Source: Staphylothermus hellenicus DSM 12710 (GTDB taxonomy: Archaea; Thermoproteota; Thermoprotei_A; Sulfolobales; Desulfurococcaceae). Taken from it: a stretch of 32,000 nucleotides of DNA. The notes under the pieces are model-generated. The model saw only the letters and a list, made by a program, of their open reading frames with translations. It was not told where the DNA came from and did no database searches. Below, piece after piece: positions 1 through 9,129 of this stretch. Numbering within the stretch: the first letter of the stretch is position 1; every line of letters begins with the position of its first letter. A program made the translations under genes and the position numbers. The stretch spans positions 150,001 to 182,000 of the forward strand of contig NC_014205.1 in the NCBI RefSeq assembly GCF_000092465.1, read 5' to 3'.

Positions 1-160
1 CACCGTAGACAAGTTTCCTAAGCCTTGCATATGATGTAACTCCACTTTGTACAGCCTTCTCTATACAGAAATTAACCATATCCCTAAAATCCACCAAAAG
101 CCTCCTAATCTCCCCACTCTTCTCATACTTGAAGGGTACAGTTAGCGTTACCTCAACCAT
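1..160 (-). CDS. IS200/IS605-type OrfB (TnpB-like) protein, N-terminal fragment; gene runs off the left edge
   Basis: Not in the ORF track because it is edge-truncated. Manual minus-strand translation from the ATG at 160-158 gives MVEVTLTVPFKYEKSGEIRRLLVDFRDMVNFCIEKAVQSGVTSYARLRKLVYG..., open to position 1. This resembles N-termini of archaeal IS605 OrfB proteins as I remember them; only 53 codons are visible. Confidence 0.45.
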   Translation of the reverse strand, partial: MVEVTLTVPFKYEKSGEIRRLLVDFRDMVNFCIEKAVQSGVTSYARLRKLVYG

Positions 161-247
161 ATCGATCCTCTCAGTTTTGGCTAGCCATAATAGAGTACTG
201 CCCTAAAGAGTATATAAACACTTCTTGGAAACAAAAGTATATAAATG

Positions 248-643
248 TTACGAAAGCAACACTATATGTTTCTGCCCCTTCTTGTGAATGATTGTTCTCG
301 TTTTCTCCAATACGTGTCTAGTAAGTTCATTATAATTGTAAACAACGAATAAAGGGGTATCGGAGAGTACGCATCCAGTAATTAGTATTGGTTCAGCATT
401 TTCAACGATCATGCATGATGGTGATTTTCCATAGTATTTCAATGCATAAATAATGTATGAGCCAACAGTTGATCCCCTGCTTCCACGGAAAACTAGGGCT
501 TTTCCAGTAATAGATATGTTTTCAGGTCTCACTATGCCCTTAACAGGATCTACCTCGCCGAAGAAGCTAATGCTTCTATTGATAACTACTGGTTCTCCTT
601 CACAGTCGCCGTCAACAACTATTTTTATGGGAAAAGTCTTCAA
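248..643 (-). CDS. Aconitase-X swivel-domain protein (DUF126); likely small subunit of phosphomevalonate dehydratase
   Basis: 131-aa ORF. It has the GKALVFRGSRGSTVGSYIIYALKYYGKSPSCMIVENAEPILITGCVL pattern typical of the AcnX small (swivel) subunit. Its start overlaps the stop of the DUF521-like gene by 4 nt (640-643). Confidence 0.8.
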   Translation of the reverse strand: MKTFPIKIVVDGDCEGEPVVINRSISFFGEVDPVKGIVRPENISITGKALVFRGSRGSTVGSYIIYALKYYGKSPSCMIVENAEPILITGCVLSDTPLFVVYNYNELTRHVLEKTRTIIHKKGQKHIVLLS

Positions 644-1812
644 CCATAAACAGCCTCCACAACCTTCTTAAAAGAAGACAAACTCACCTTTAACCCGTGG
701 AGTCTGCGTAGGTAAAAAGCTGCCTTACCACTATTTGTAACAACTATGTCAAAACCATTTTTCAAACGCGACACTATGGGGCATGTGCCTACTGCAACAT
801 CTACGCCTCGCAGTCTGAGAAACTCTAGTAAATCCCTATATGTTTCAGCATAGATCCCCGGTATGGATACTAATAATGCATTATCTCTTCTAGGAGAGCT
901 TTTCTCCGACAAGTATTTTACCAGCCAGAATAGTTCCGAGGGGTGTAGGTGTGGGCATCCAATATATCCTAGAATTCTCTGATCACTGCTTGGCTCTTCT
1001 CCCATATATTTCTCTAAACTTGTTTTTTCAACAAATATTTTCTCCACATGATCGCTTATCCTATATGTTTCTCTAGGTGTTAAACCATCTATAACAATTA
1101 ATCCGTGGCTACCGCTAGCCGCTGCAGCTGCTAACAGTATTTTTAAATCATAAATATTCTTTGGGGCATTCTCCAAGATCGGTATTTCTCTAACATGCTC
1201 ACCTATCCATAAACCAGTTGCGCCATAGTAGTCCTCGGATAAATTTTTTGGAAGAACTATTTTCTTCTCAGCAACCCTATTATCTAATAAGTGTAGTCCA
1301 GCATAGTATGTATACCCAGTAATAGCAGCTGCTAATGCAAGGGGTCCTCCCTCCCTATTAGTTCTTGCACCATAGAAGCTGTTAGCAATGATAACAGCAT
1401 TACTTTCCCCCCAAGCTAAATGCTCGTTCACACCAGGTATTCTATGGAAATACGGGATACACGTATATGTTGGTTTAAACCCCATTCCTTCTAGAAACTT
1501 GTTAATAACTAATTGTTTATCATAGTATTCCCTACTTATTATATGAGAGTATCCCAGCAAATCTATGCATCCAGGATTCACAGTTGTATATGCTCGGCTT
1601 CTCCCTCCGTTCTCATATAGTTCTTTAATAAATAATAAGCCGGGCTCGCCTATGTTGCTATAAGATATGCCTGATACGTGGGCATGAGTTATTGGAACAA
1701 GTTTTTCTGCTCCAAGAGCTTCTCCAACCTTAACTATTACTTTTAATGCTTTAGCAGCGACCCATCCATATTCTCCATTAATCATTTTCTCCTGTTCACG
1801 GGTAAGATACAC
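640..1812 (-). CDS. Aconitase-X catalytic-domain protein (DUF521); likely large subunit of phosphomevalonate dehydratase
   Basis: 390-aa ORF. The N-terminus LTREQEKMINGEYGWVAAKALKVIVKVGEALGAEKLVPITHAHVSG matches the DUF521/AcnX large-subunit pattern. It lies between a UbiD-like gene and a DUF126 gene, with a 1-nt overlap at 1812. Confidence 0.85.
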   Translation of the reverse strand: MYLTREQEKMINGEYGWVAAKALKVIVKVGEALGAEKLVPITHAHVSGISYSNIGEPGLLFIKELYENGGRSRAYTTVNPGCIDLLGYSHIISREYYDKQLVINKFLEGMGFKPTYTCIPYFHRIPGVNEHLAWGESNAVIIANSFYGARTNREGGPLALAAAITGYTYYAGLHLLDNRVAEKKIVLPKNLSEDYYGATGLWIGEHVREIPILENAPKNIYDLKILLAAAAASGSHGLIVIDGLTPRETYRISDHVEKIFVEKTSLEKYMGEEPSSDQRILGYIGCPHLHPSELFWLVKYLSEKSSPRRDNALLVSIPGIYAETYRDLLEFLRLRGVDVAVGTCPIVSRLKNGFDIVVTNSGKAAFYLRRLHGLKVSLSSFKKVVEAVYG

Positions 1813-3089
1813 TATGGTATCCCCGCATACCTGTATTTATCCCATGGTTCATTGAATGGTTTGGTAGCGTCAATAATTACTTTATCACCCACCCCCTCAT
1901 TTCCACGTGGATCCAGTGTGCTTCCCCTCATGTTTCTCAGTATAATAATGTCTTCGCTTCCCCTAACCCTTGTAGCTAGAGCCCATTCAATCATGTATGG
2001 ATCATCTATGTCTATGTCATGATCAACTATTATGACGTGTTTAACGCTTGGATGACCATTTATCACGGCTAAACCTATATTCCTAGCTTCCCCAGGCTTG
2101 GTCTTATGTATTGATACAACTGCGTGGAGCCATCCACCACTACCAATTGTTAACCTAACACCTTTAATGCTCGGAGATATCTTCCTTACCGAATCATATA
2201 TGAGTGGTTCACGGGGGAAACCCATCAAGTATATATGCTCCCATAACCCGGGGACAATAGCATGGTATAGTGGAGGTATTTCTCGATGAACATATATAGC
2301 CTCCATTTTGAAAACAGGTTGTTTCCTCCTCTTATCAGGTATTCTCAATATATCAACAAATGGCCCCTCCCAAGCTGTTTCACGAGTAATAACTCCTTCA
2401 ACAACAATACTAGCTGTTGCTGGAACAGGTATTTGGTAAATAGGTGTTTTAACAACACGGTTATCTCCTGAAAGCTTAGCAGCAACAGCTACTTCATATA
2501 CTCCTAGAGGAGGATTTGTAGCGGCAGCGATCTCAGTGTATGGATCTACTCCTAAAACTATTGCTGCAGGAGCATCATATCCTTTCTCATGGTGTTTCTT
2601 CACAATATAGTCTAGATGCCTTGGAACTATTCGTAGAACAGCTTTTTCATCGCTTAGAAGCATTGTTCTATGATAGCTAGCATTACATATATTATTAATA
2701 CATGAAATATAGATTGAGCTTGTAAGATAGTATCCGCCATCCTCCCCATAATACTTTATAAATGGTAGTTTTTGTAAGCCAAAATCAGATGTTCTATAGT
2801 AATCATTGAAGCTATGTGTATCAAGATCTGCGGGATTATTTAGTGCATCAAGTATCCTATTATATACTTCGACATCGTTGCTTGACCCAAACAACCTATA
2901 TAGATCTTCTCTATTGCTTAGAATATTTGCATAGCATTCAGCAACAGAGTCGTTCAAGGAGAAGAACACTAGTTTATCCCTGTTATTACTTATAATCCTA
3001 GTTGGTTCATATTCTCTATTAAGTTCTCCTACATGAATAGTTTTCTTCCCTTCTCTCTCAAGCCTTAACAAGTACTCGTTTATATACAT
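1812..3089 (-). CDS. UbiD-family decarboxylase; likely trans-anhydromevalonate-5-phosphate decarboxylase
   Basis: 425-aa ORF with UbiD-like length and layout, including the C-terminal ...VIIVDHDIDIDDPYMIEWALATRVRGSEDIII... block typical of UbiD enzymes. It is co-operonic with both AcnX subunits. The specific substrate is inferred from that context. Confidence 0.75.
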   Translation of the reverse strand: MYINEYLLRLEREGKKTIHVGELNREYEPTRIISNNRDKLVFFSLNDSVAECYANILSNREDLYRLFGSSNDVEVYNRILDALNNPADLDTHSFNDYYRTSDFGLQKLPFIKYYGEDGGYYLTSSIYISCINNICNASYHRTMLLSDEKAVLRIVPRHLDYIVKKHHEKGYDAPAAIVLGVDPYTEIAAATNPPLGVYEVAVAAKLSGDNRVVKTPIYQIPVPATASIVVEGVITRETAWEGPFVDILRIPDKRRKQPVFKMEAIYVHREIPPLYHAIVPGLWEHIYLMGFPREPLIYDSVRKISPSIKGVRLTIGSGGWLHAVVSIHKTKPGEARNIGLAVINGHPSVKHVIIVDHDIDIDDPYMIEWALATRVRGSEDIIILRNMRGSTLDPRGNEGVGDKVIIDATKPFNEPWDKYRYAGIP

Positions 3090-3095
3090 GGGAAT

Positions 3096-4343
3096 CTACT
3101 CCAAGATATTCTCAGTGTATTCCTCTGTTAATCTAATATGTGAAAACCTAATTATAGAAGGTTCTACTCTATACTTTGATCTAACATGTATTGTTTCGTT
3201 TCTGAAATCTATCTTCAATACTTGTCCAGGATATTCATCCCCATTCTTATCAACTATTGCGACATAAAGGTTTTTCTCGAATCCACTAATCAGTGTCCTT
3301 ATTTTTTGGACATTAAACCTGGTTTTGAGCTCGTCGAATCCCTGAAGCTTTACTGGCTCGGATAATACGAGATATAATTTGTCAGGAGTTTTAGCAGCAT
3401 ATAATACTTTTTCCAGTGGTGAAACGTTGAGGGAGTCTAAGCTGATAGGCTTCCCCATAAATAAGGGCATATTTGTTATTAATACATTTTTCAATGATAC
3501 CTTAATTATTTGTGAATCCACTAAGAATTCACGGTATTTATCGCTTCTCAAAGCCCTTCTCTCTTCACGGCTACGTTGCTTCCTGATCCTTGGAGCCTTG
3601 ACCTTGTAAATATTTGTTCCCAGCAATGATAATTTATCGAAGAATTCCCAGTATTCTTCGCCGATAACTATCGTTGCATCAGGCTTGACTTCTTCTACCA
3701 GCCTATACTTATACATTAATGCGTAGCTGTCCCCGATCCATCCATCAGTATCTATTATTATTGGTTTTCTATGATCTTTTTCTGCAGTATTGATTAGTTC
3801 CTTTAATTTATCTATAATCAAGCCTATATGGTGTTGAGGCTTAATGTCCCCGATAAATCTGAGCTTGAAGGGTTTAAGCATTCTCATCCATATAACTTGT
3901 TGTGTAGGATAAGACATCGAGATAAAGCCTGGTGGGCCAATATCTGCTTGTCCAACATCAGCATCTATTAGTGCTGGATCCAAATTATTGTCGAGAGCCT
4001 TATTAGATAATAGTGTTGAGAAAGAAGATTTGCCGTAGTCAACCCCTCCCAAAATCATGATTCTACGATAACCTTTACTAAGTATTTCATTAGCTATAGA
4101 GACCCATTCATGATATGGATCATCTTCCTCAACAGCTTGTATAGACGCTTCAGACCCTAGGTTTACGTCGAGTTTTGAATCAGTAAGAGCAACAACAATA
4201 TAGCTTCTAGTCTTGTGAACTATGAATTTATCGTTTGTATTGAATTTCTTACCTAGAACCTCTACTGCTCCAGAAGCGATGTTTATGGCTGCAGGACCAA
4301 ATATCTTGATTGCTTCATCTTTTCTTAGCTCAACCGTGGGCAT
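3096..4343 (-). CDS. Clp1/Grc3-type polynucleotide 5'-hydroxyl kinase
   Basis: 415-aa ORF. It has the Clp1-style P-loop ILGGVDYGKSSFSTLLSN followed by the signature LIDADVGQADIGPPGFIS. Confidence 0.7.
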   Translation of the reverse strand: MPTVELRKDEAIKIFGPAAINIASGAVEVLGKKFNTNDKFIVHKTRSYIVVALTDSKLDVNLGSEASIQAVEEDDPYHEWVSIANEILSKGYRRIMILGGVDYGKSSFSTLLSNKALDNNLDPALIDADVGQADIGPPGFISMSYPTQQVIWMRMLKPFKLRFIGDIKPQHHIGLIIDKLKELINTAEKDHRKPIIIDTDGWIGDSYALMYKYRLVEEVKPDATIVIGEEYWEFFDKLSLLGTNIYKVKAPRIRKQRSREERRALRSDKYREFLVDSQIIKVSLKNVLITNMPLFMGKPISLDSLNVSPLEKVLYAAKTPDKLYLVLSEPVKLQGFDELKTRFNVQKIRTLISGFEKNLYVAIVDKNGDEYPGQVLKIDFRNETIHVRSKYRVEPSIIRFSHIRLTEEYTENILE

Positions 4344-4345
4344 TT

Positions 4346-4993
4346 CTAATAAACCCTAATACCTTTCCTTAAAGCTATTCTTAAAGCTGCATAAGCATCC
4401 TTATTCCTATATGGTTTAAGTATTTCCAATAATTTCTTGTTTAAAGAGCTTGTCTGAGACGATCTATTGCTTCTAGGGGTTGTTTCGTATTCATCCACAA
4501 CTTCTATGTCAACATTTATTTTTCTCCTAAGATTCGAAGCTATTTCTAACCCATTATAGCCAGCGCCTACTCTAACAATTCTTCTATGAGCAGGAATACT
4601 TGATAGATACATTAGTATTTTATCGCTAACCTTATCCAGGGAAACATATCCATGATACAGTATTTCCCCATCACCTATAACTACTATGTAGGGCTTATTA
4701 CCTGGATCAATACCTATTGATACCTCTCTATACTCTGTCTTAAACATTGTAGCCAGTATTGATTCCTCGAGACCCCTAAGTGAATCGTTTGGATCATATA
4801 TTATTTTCACATCATCCCTAACAGATGCTTCACGAACAAACTCTTCATAATCAGTATATAAAACACTATAATAAGGTAGATTCTCGGCCCCATCATAAAC
4901 AGTATAGTTTATTCTACGATTCCCTAAAATATCAATTACCCGTATAAACCATCTAGGCTCATATACTGCTATAACCAGTGGTCTCCTAATCAA
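4346..4993 (-). CDS. Hypothetical protein, possibly RNase-H-fold (RuvC/YqgF-like)
   Basis: 215-aa ORF packed 2 nt from the Clp1-like gene. The segment VSIGIDPGNKPYIVVIGDG looks like the first acidic strand of an RNase-H-like fold. The functional call is weak. Confidence 0.5.
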   Translation of the reverse strand: MIRRPLVIAVYEPRWFIRVIDILGNRRINYTVYDGAENLPYYSVLYTDYEEFVREASVRDDVKIIYDPNDSLRGLEESILATMFKTEYREVSIGIDPGNKPYIVVIGDGEILYHGYVSLDKVSDKILMYLSSIPAHRRIVRVGAGYNGLEIASNLRRKINVDIEVVDEYETTPRSNRSSQTSSLNKKLLEILKPYRNKDAYAALRIALRKGIRVY

Positions 4994-5143
4994 ATCCTCT
5001 GTAAAACCCCGTCCTACTTAATCATTGTTATACAGAGTATTCTACACTATGCTTATGGTCCTGAAGATATATTTATTATAAATTATTTTATTTTTTCTGA
5101 ATAAATACGCATTATTTATTGGATTATTGAGAGGTTTGCTTAT

Positions 5144-5788
5144 TTGTCGAGGAAAACAATGGTAACGGGTAATCCTGGTCTGGACAGGGTTATTCGTGGT
5201 TCTAATTCTGTCTTGTTTTTTGGCGGGGCAGGTTCTGGTAAAACTACTCTTTTATTAACTATTGCTTCTAATATATGCATAGATAAAAATGATCCATGCC
5301 TATATATTAGTACTGAGGAAACCCTTCACTATGAACGAGTAGCTAGGTCTCCGCAAAAATTTGCTAATGTATTTTTTACTGAGATATATGATTTTGATGA
5401 ATTATTTGATTTCATCGTTTTCAAACTACCCATCTTAGGGTTTAGGAGGGTATTTATTGATAGTATTAATTCTCTCTACCGTGTAATAGCTTCTGAGGAG
5501 GAATCTATTACTAGGTATGGATTATTGCTGGGTATGCTTTGGAAAAACACTGTTGATCGTGGAGGGTTCTTATTTGGTTCAGCACAGGTTAGAATGGGTT
5601 ATGAAGATGAGGAATACGAGGTTGTTGCTAGTGGTATGAATATATTGGATTACTGGTTTAAAACAATAATTTATCTTGGATGGGAGGATGCTAAGAGGAT
5701 GGCTCGTATAGTTAAGCCAGTAGAATACTCTGATGAATCATATTATTTTTTGATAAGTGGTGAGGGTATTGAGTGGGTTCATGATTAG
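5144..5788 (+). CDS. RecA-superfamily ATPase (RadB/KaiC-like paralogue)
   Basis: 214-aa ORF. TGNPGLDRVIRG...LFFGGAGSGKTTLLLTIA is a Walker A motif in RecA/RadB-like context. The track start at 5144 is TTG; the ATG at 5159 (MVTGNPGLD) is an equally plausible start. Confidence 0.7.
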   Translation: MSRKTMVTGNPGLDRVIRGSNSVLFFGGAGSGKTTLLLTIASNICIDKNDPCLYISTEETLHYERVARSPQKFANVFFTEIYDFDELFDFIVFKLPILGFRRVFIDSINSLYRVIASEEESITRYGLLLGMLWKNTVDRGGFLFGSAQVRMGYEDEEYEVVASGMNILDYWFKTIIYLGWEDAKRMARIVKPVEYSDESYYFLISGEGIEWVHD

Positions 5789-6299
5789 TCCAGAATATTA
5801 TTTTATATATTGGTTTCTAAAATACTATCTACCACCAATGATAGCTAATGCATCCCCTGTTCTAGTCAAGGGTACTCATAGAATAGATTTCTCCCATATA
5901 TTCATAGATGGTAAGCCTTTATTCGGTAAAAACAAGACGTGGGAAGGCTTCTATATTGGTGTTCTAATGGGTTTCCTCGCATCTATTAGTATAAGTATTA
6001 TTCTGTGTGAGGAAGAATATGTATTAATAGGTTTGGGTAGCTCAGTATCTGCTTTAATAGGTGATTTACTAGGCTCATTTATTAAGAGGAGAATAAATAT
6101 TGCTAGTGGAGAACCCTTACCCATAATTGATCAATTAGATTTTGCATTAATGTCTACTTTATACTATTATCTCCTAGGCATGGAAGAATTCGTATCCCAC
6201 CCATTATACATGCTGTATTCCCTCACAATCATTTTAGCACTACATATTATAACCAATAACATAGCATATTATCTGGGAGTAAAAGATAAGAGATGGTAG
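5757..6299 (+). CDS. carS: CDP-archaeol synthase (DUF46 family)
   Basis: A multi-TM protein with GKNKTWEGFYIGV and GDLLGSFIKRR motifs characteristic of CarS. The track start at 5757 is GTG. The ATG at 5781 overlaps the upstream stop (ATGATTAG) and may be the true start. Confidence 0.8.
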   Translation: MVRVLSGFMISPEYYFIYWFLKYYLPPMIANASPVLVKGTHRIDFSHIFIDGKPLFGKNKTWEGFYIGVLMGFLASISISIILCEEEYVLIGLGSSVSALIGDLLGSFIKRRINIASGEPLPIIDQLDFALMSTLYYYLLGMEEFVSHPLYMLYSLTIILALHIITNNIAYYLGVKDKRW

Positions 6300-6387
6300 A
6301 AAACCTTATAACATAGATAATTAGGTTTTTATTAGGGTAAATACATGGTTCTAGACATAGACGCAGCAGGGGATAGGTGAGTATTGT

Positions 6388-6675
6388 ATGAGAATACCAA
6401 AGGTTATAGTAACGTATTGTCCAAGATGTAAAACACATACACCACATACAGTGACTATTTATAAGCATGGTAAACGCAGATCTCTTGCTGAGGGTGAGCG
6501 TAGATACGCTGCTAAAAAGAAAGGCTATGGTTCAAAACGTAAATCTGAACAGAAAAGATTCGCTAAAGTTACAAAAAAGGTTGTTTTAAAACTTAAATGT
6601 AGACAATGCGGATATATAATTCACCGCCGCGGAATACGTATGAAGAAATACGAGTTAGTAGAGGTGACAAGGTAA
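6388..6675 (+). CDS. rpl44e: 50S ribosomal protein L44e (eL42)
   Basis: [22 protein letters not shown]...KLKCRQCGY: a zinc-ribbon CxxC...CxxC basic protein of the right length. GGTGA lies upstream of the ATG. Confidence 0.95.
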   Translation: MRIPKVIVTYCPRCKTHTPHTVTIYKHGKRRSLAEGERRYAAKKKGYGSKRKSEQKRFAKVTKKVVLKLKCRQCGYIIHRRGIRMKKYELVEVTR

Positions 6676-6884
6676 TGGTTAAGAAGAGAAAAATCCTAAT
6701 CCCCCAACCCAGAAGCAGGTTTTTAAAAGTAGTATGTAAAGTATGCGGAGCAGAAAACATAGTATTCAGCCACGCAACATTCCCCGTTAGATGCAAAGTA
6801 TGCGGAACAGTCCTCGTAAAACCAACAGGAGGAAAGGCATACATTCTAAGAGACCGTGCAGAAATAGTGGCAGAACTAGGCTAA
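6675..6884 (+). CDS. rps27e: 30S ribosomal protein S27e (eS27)
   Basis: An internal ATG at 6675 of track ORF 6606..6884 gives [55 protein letters not shown]. The start overlaps the rpl44e stop (TAATG). Confidence 0.93.
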   Translation: MVKKRKILIPQPRSRFLKVVCKVCGAENIVFSHATFPVRCKVCGTVLVKPTGGKAYILRDRAEIVAELG

Positions 6885-6966
6885 ACACACCTCTATCCTA
6901 TAAAAGGAAACAATATCTTAAACTAAACCTTTAAACCCCTAATTAATAAACTAACAATATAATGGT

Positions 6967-7054
6967 GCGGGGGTGCCCGAGCATGGTCAAAGGGGTCGGG
7001 CTTAGGACCCGATGGCGTAGGCCTGCGTGGGTTCGAATCCCACCCCCCGCACCA
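6967..7054 (+). tRNA. tRNA-Leu (anticodon UAG), encoded CCA
   Basis: Acceptor stem GCGGGGG/CCCCCGC. Anticodon stem TCGGG/CCCGA with loop CTTAGGA. A long variable arm is present, the T-loop is GGTTCGAATCC, and the end is ACCA. Confidence 0.9.
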
Positions 7055-7379
7055 CAACAACATCTTTATCGTTTCTTCCACATTTAACCGAAGCAGTTGT
7101 CTACGCTTACAATTACCTCTGCGGTCCTCAACTATGAGATACCTATATTTTACTATCTTGCTTAACCCTGGTGAATATAGAGATATAAGTCCCTGACTCC
7201 CCTTTTTCAGCCGTCATTTTAGGTCCATGCTTCTCCTCATAAATAATCCAGATTTAACAATTGGGAAACAAGATGTTTAAACATGAAAACCGCGATCAAC
7301 CTAGAATCACTACTCATTTAATTGCTTAATAAGTTGTTCAAGATCAGTATTAAGTAAAAAATATGAAAAACAGATAATA

Positions 7380-7869
7380 GAGGAAAACAGCTTATAATGG
7401 CTTAAAAGCTTATTGAAGCTATAGCCCAGCCGCTGCTGCACTAGCTATGTCTAATAGCGTGGGGTCTTATCTTTTGCGTAGATACCGCTTAGTAAACTTA
7501 TACACTATGTTCCTAGCTTGTCTAGGGGTTATCATGAATAGGGGTTCATGTTTGTATGGGATTCTCCTAGCATATCGCCTCATTATTTCCCAGAATAAGC
7601 TGCTTACTACTGGGACAATTCTAATGAATGTCTGCCTCTTCTTTTCCTGCCTAATCCTGACGGTTTTATTTTTTGAAATTAATGTCTTCAAGCCTTAGCT
7701 CCAACACTTCACCAATACGGCAGCCCGTATAAATCAATATGCTTACTAATGCTAGATCCCTAAGCCTATACCTAGCTCTATCAACATGATACTTAGCCTT
7801 CTTAACCGCTTCTAGGAGAGCCTCATATTTTGGAATGTCCTCGAGTTTGAAAGTTTTCGATCCCGCATC
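7380..7869 (-). pseudogene. Decayed tyrosine recombinase/integrase (N-terminally truncated, frameshifted, with in-frame stops)
   Basis: Manual minus-strand translation of 7869-7669 gives DAGSKTFKLEDIPKYEALLEAVKKAKYHVDRARYRLRDLALVSILIYTGCRIGEVLELRLEDINFKK*. This includes the TGxRxxE catalytic-Arg box. Reading continues after a frameshift in the A-run at 7664-7675 as track ORF 7467..7691 (...NKTVRIRQEKKRQTFIRIVP...ITPRQARNIVYKFTKRYLRKR). In yet another frame it gives IRPHAIRHS (HxxRH box) near 7434-7460. No start codon precedes 7869 (TAA at 7870-7872). Confidence 0.65.
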
Positions 7870-8251
7870 TTATACACTACAATTGGAAATTCTGATCAAG
7901 ATCCTTAATAAAGCTTGTTTCCCTTTTTGTCCAAAAACGAAATCCAAACCCCAAATATAACATAATAATAGATATAGAAGCTGTAGCTTTTGATTATCTA
8001 CCCCTTCATCTCAGACCTAATAAAAATTACTTCATATTGCATTTAAAGTGTTAAACGAGAAACAAAACTAATAGTTTGGGGGATCATTTTTGAAAAACCT
8101 GAGAATATGTTTATTGAGAAAAGAGAAGTTTCTCCATTTCTCCAAAACATCTATTATTTCTCTCCAGCTTTTATTACTTCTTATATAAATCTTATACAAA
8201 TTAATTTATATATTAGATATACCAAATAATATATGGTTGGAGGTAATCTAT

Positions 8252-8404
8252 ATGGGGAAAGAGTATCAGACTAGGTGGGAGAAAAGTCCTTCGCACGTAT
8301 CTCCTGACATAGGCAAGCATCATGACTGGGACCTTAGAGCCCGCGACGAGATTGGACGGAAAATTACTGATATAGTTCATCTCAGGGTAAAAGAAGAAGA
8401 ATAA
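8252..8404 (+). CDS. Possible small protein (50 aa), unknown function
   Basis: Below the track length cutoff. The ATG at 8252 is preceded by GGAGGT (8239-8244). Translation: MGKEYQTRWEKSPSHVSPDIGKHHDWDLRARDEIGRKITDIVHLRVKEEE*. It is locally less AT-rich than its flanks. No family recognised. Confidence 0.3.
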   Translation: MGKEYQTRWEKSPSHVSPDIGKHHDWDLRARDEIGRKITDIVHLRVKEEE

Positions 8405-8639
8405 GAACATAATTCTATTTTTTAATTTCTTTAGGGTATGATCCTTCCTAGCTTATAACATAGTTTATCCCATCTTTGAATATTCTCTCTTCAACATAAT
8501 GCCTGTTGAATAAATATTAAATAATCTCAGCCACTTTACCGGCACTCATACCAAGATCTTTGCCAGCTTACCTATCGTTAAATCCTGGCTTTTGATCTTT
8601 CACATAATATCCTTATGTCTTTATCGTTTAGATCTTACA

Positions 8640-8912
8640 CTAGGTTATAGCTATAAGCAGTACAAATAAATATATTAAGACGGAGGCTCCAATTGTTCCG
8701 ATTAGGGCTCCGATAATTATTAGTATTCTTAGCCATAGTCTTTTAATCTTCGATGCTGGTAGGGCTATAACTAGGATTATGAGGATCGAGATCAGTCTAA
8801 AGCTCCAAGGATAGGCTATAATCAGAAACGCAGTAATAGCTCCCATCACCATTGAGAACAGGAACCCAGCTATACCTAGCCCAATATTTGTTAATGCCCG
8901 TCCAATACTCAT
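8640..8912 (-). CDS. Small integral membrane protein (about 3 TM helices)
   Basis: 90-aa ORF that is almost entirely hydrophobic segments separated by short basic loops. No family recognised. Confidence 0.5.
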   Translation of the reverse strand: MSIGRALTNIGLGIAGFLFSMVMGAITAFLIIAYPWSFRLISILIILVIALPASKIKRLWLRILIIIGALIGTIGASVLIYLFVLLIAIT

Positions 8913-9129
8913 TTTACAGCCCTCAATATAAGTTTCGCATTAAAACTAATAGGATTATCAAACCCATTTCTTCAAGGTTATCCTCCAAGATTGAAATATG
9001 GTTCTCTAATGATTAAAATAAAATAGTTAAACAGGTTTAGCCGGGTATTTTTATGGCTTATATGTTTATGTTTGTTTTTGCATATATTTTGTGGAGAAAA
9101 ATGTTTTCCGGGAATAATGGGAGGGATTG

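Noticed and set aside
6593-6844. Track ORF of 83 aa on the minus strand. Also noticed: the long form of ORF 6606..6884.
   Set aside because: The minus-strand ORF is antisense to rpl44e/rps27e. For 6606..6884, the upstream 23 codons overlap rpl44e out of frame, and the S27e homology begins at the ATG at 6675.
7447-7698. Track ORF of 83 aa on the plus strand.
   Set aside because: It is a mirror image of the integrase pseudogene segment on the minus strand. Hydrophobic, low-information sequence.
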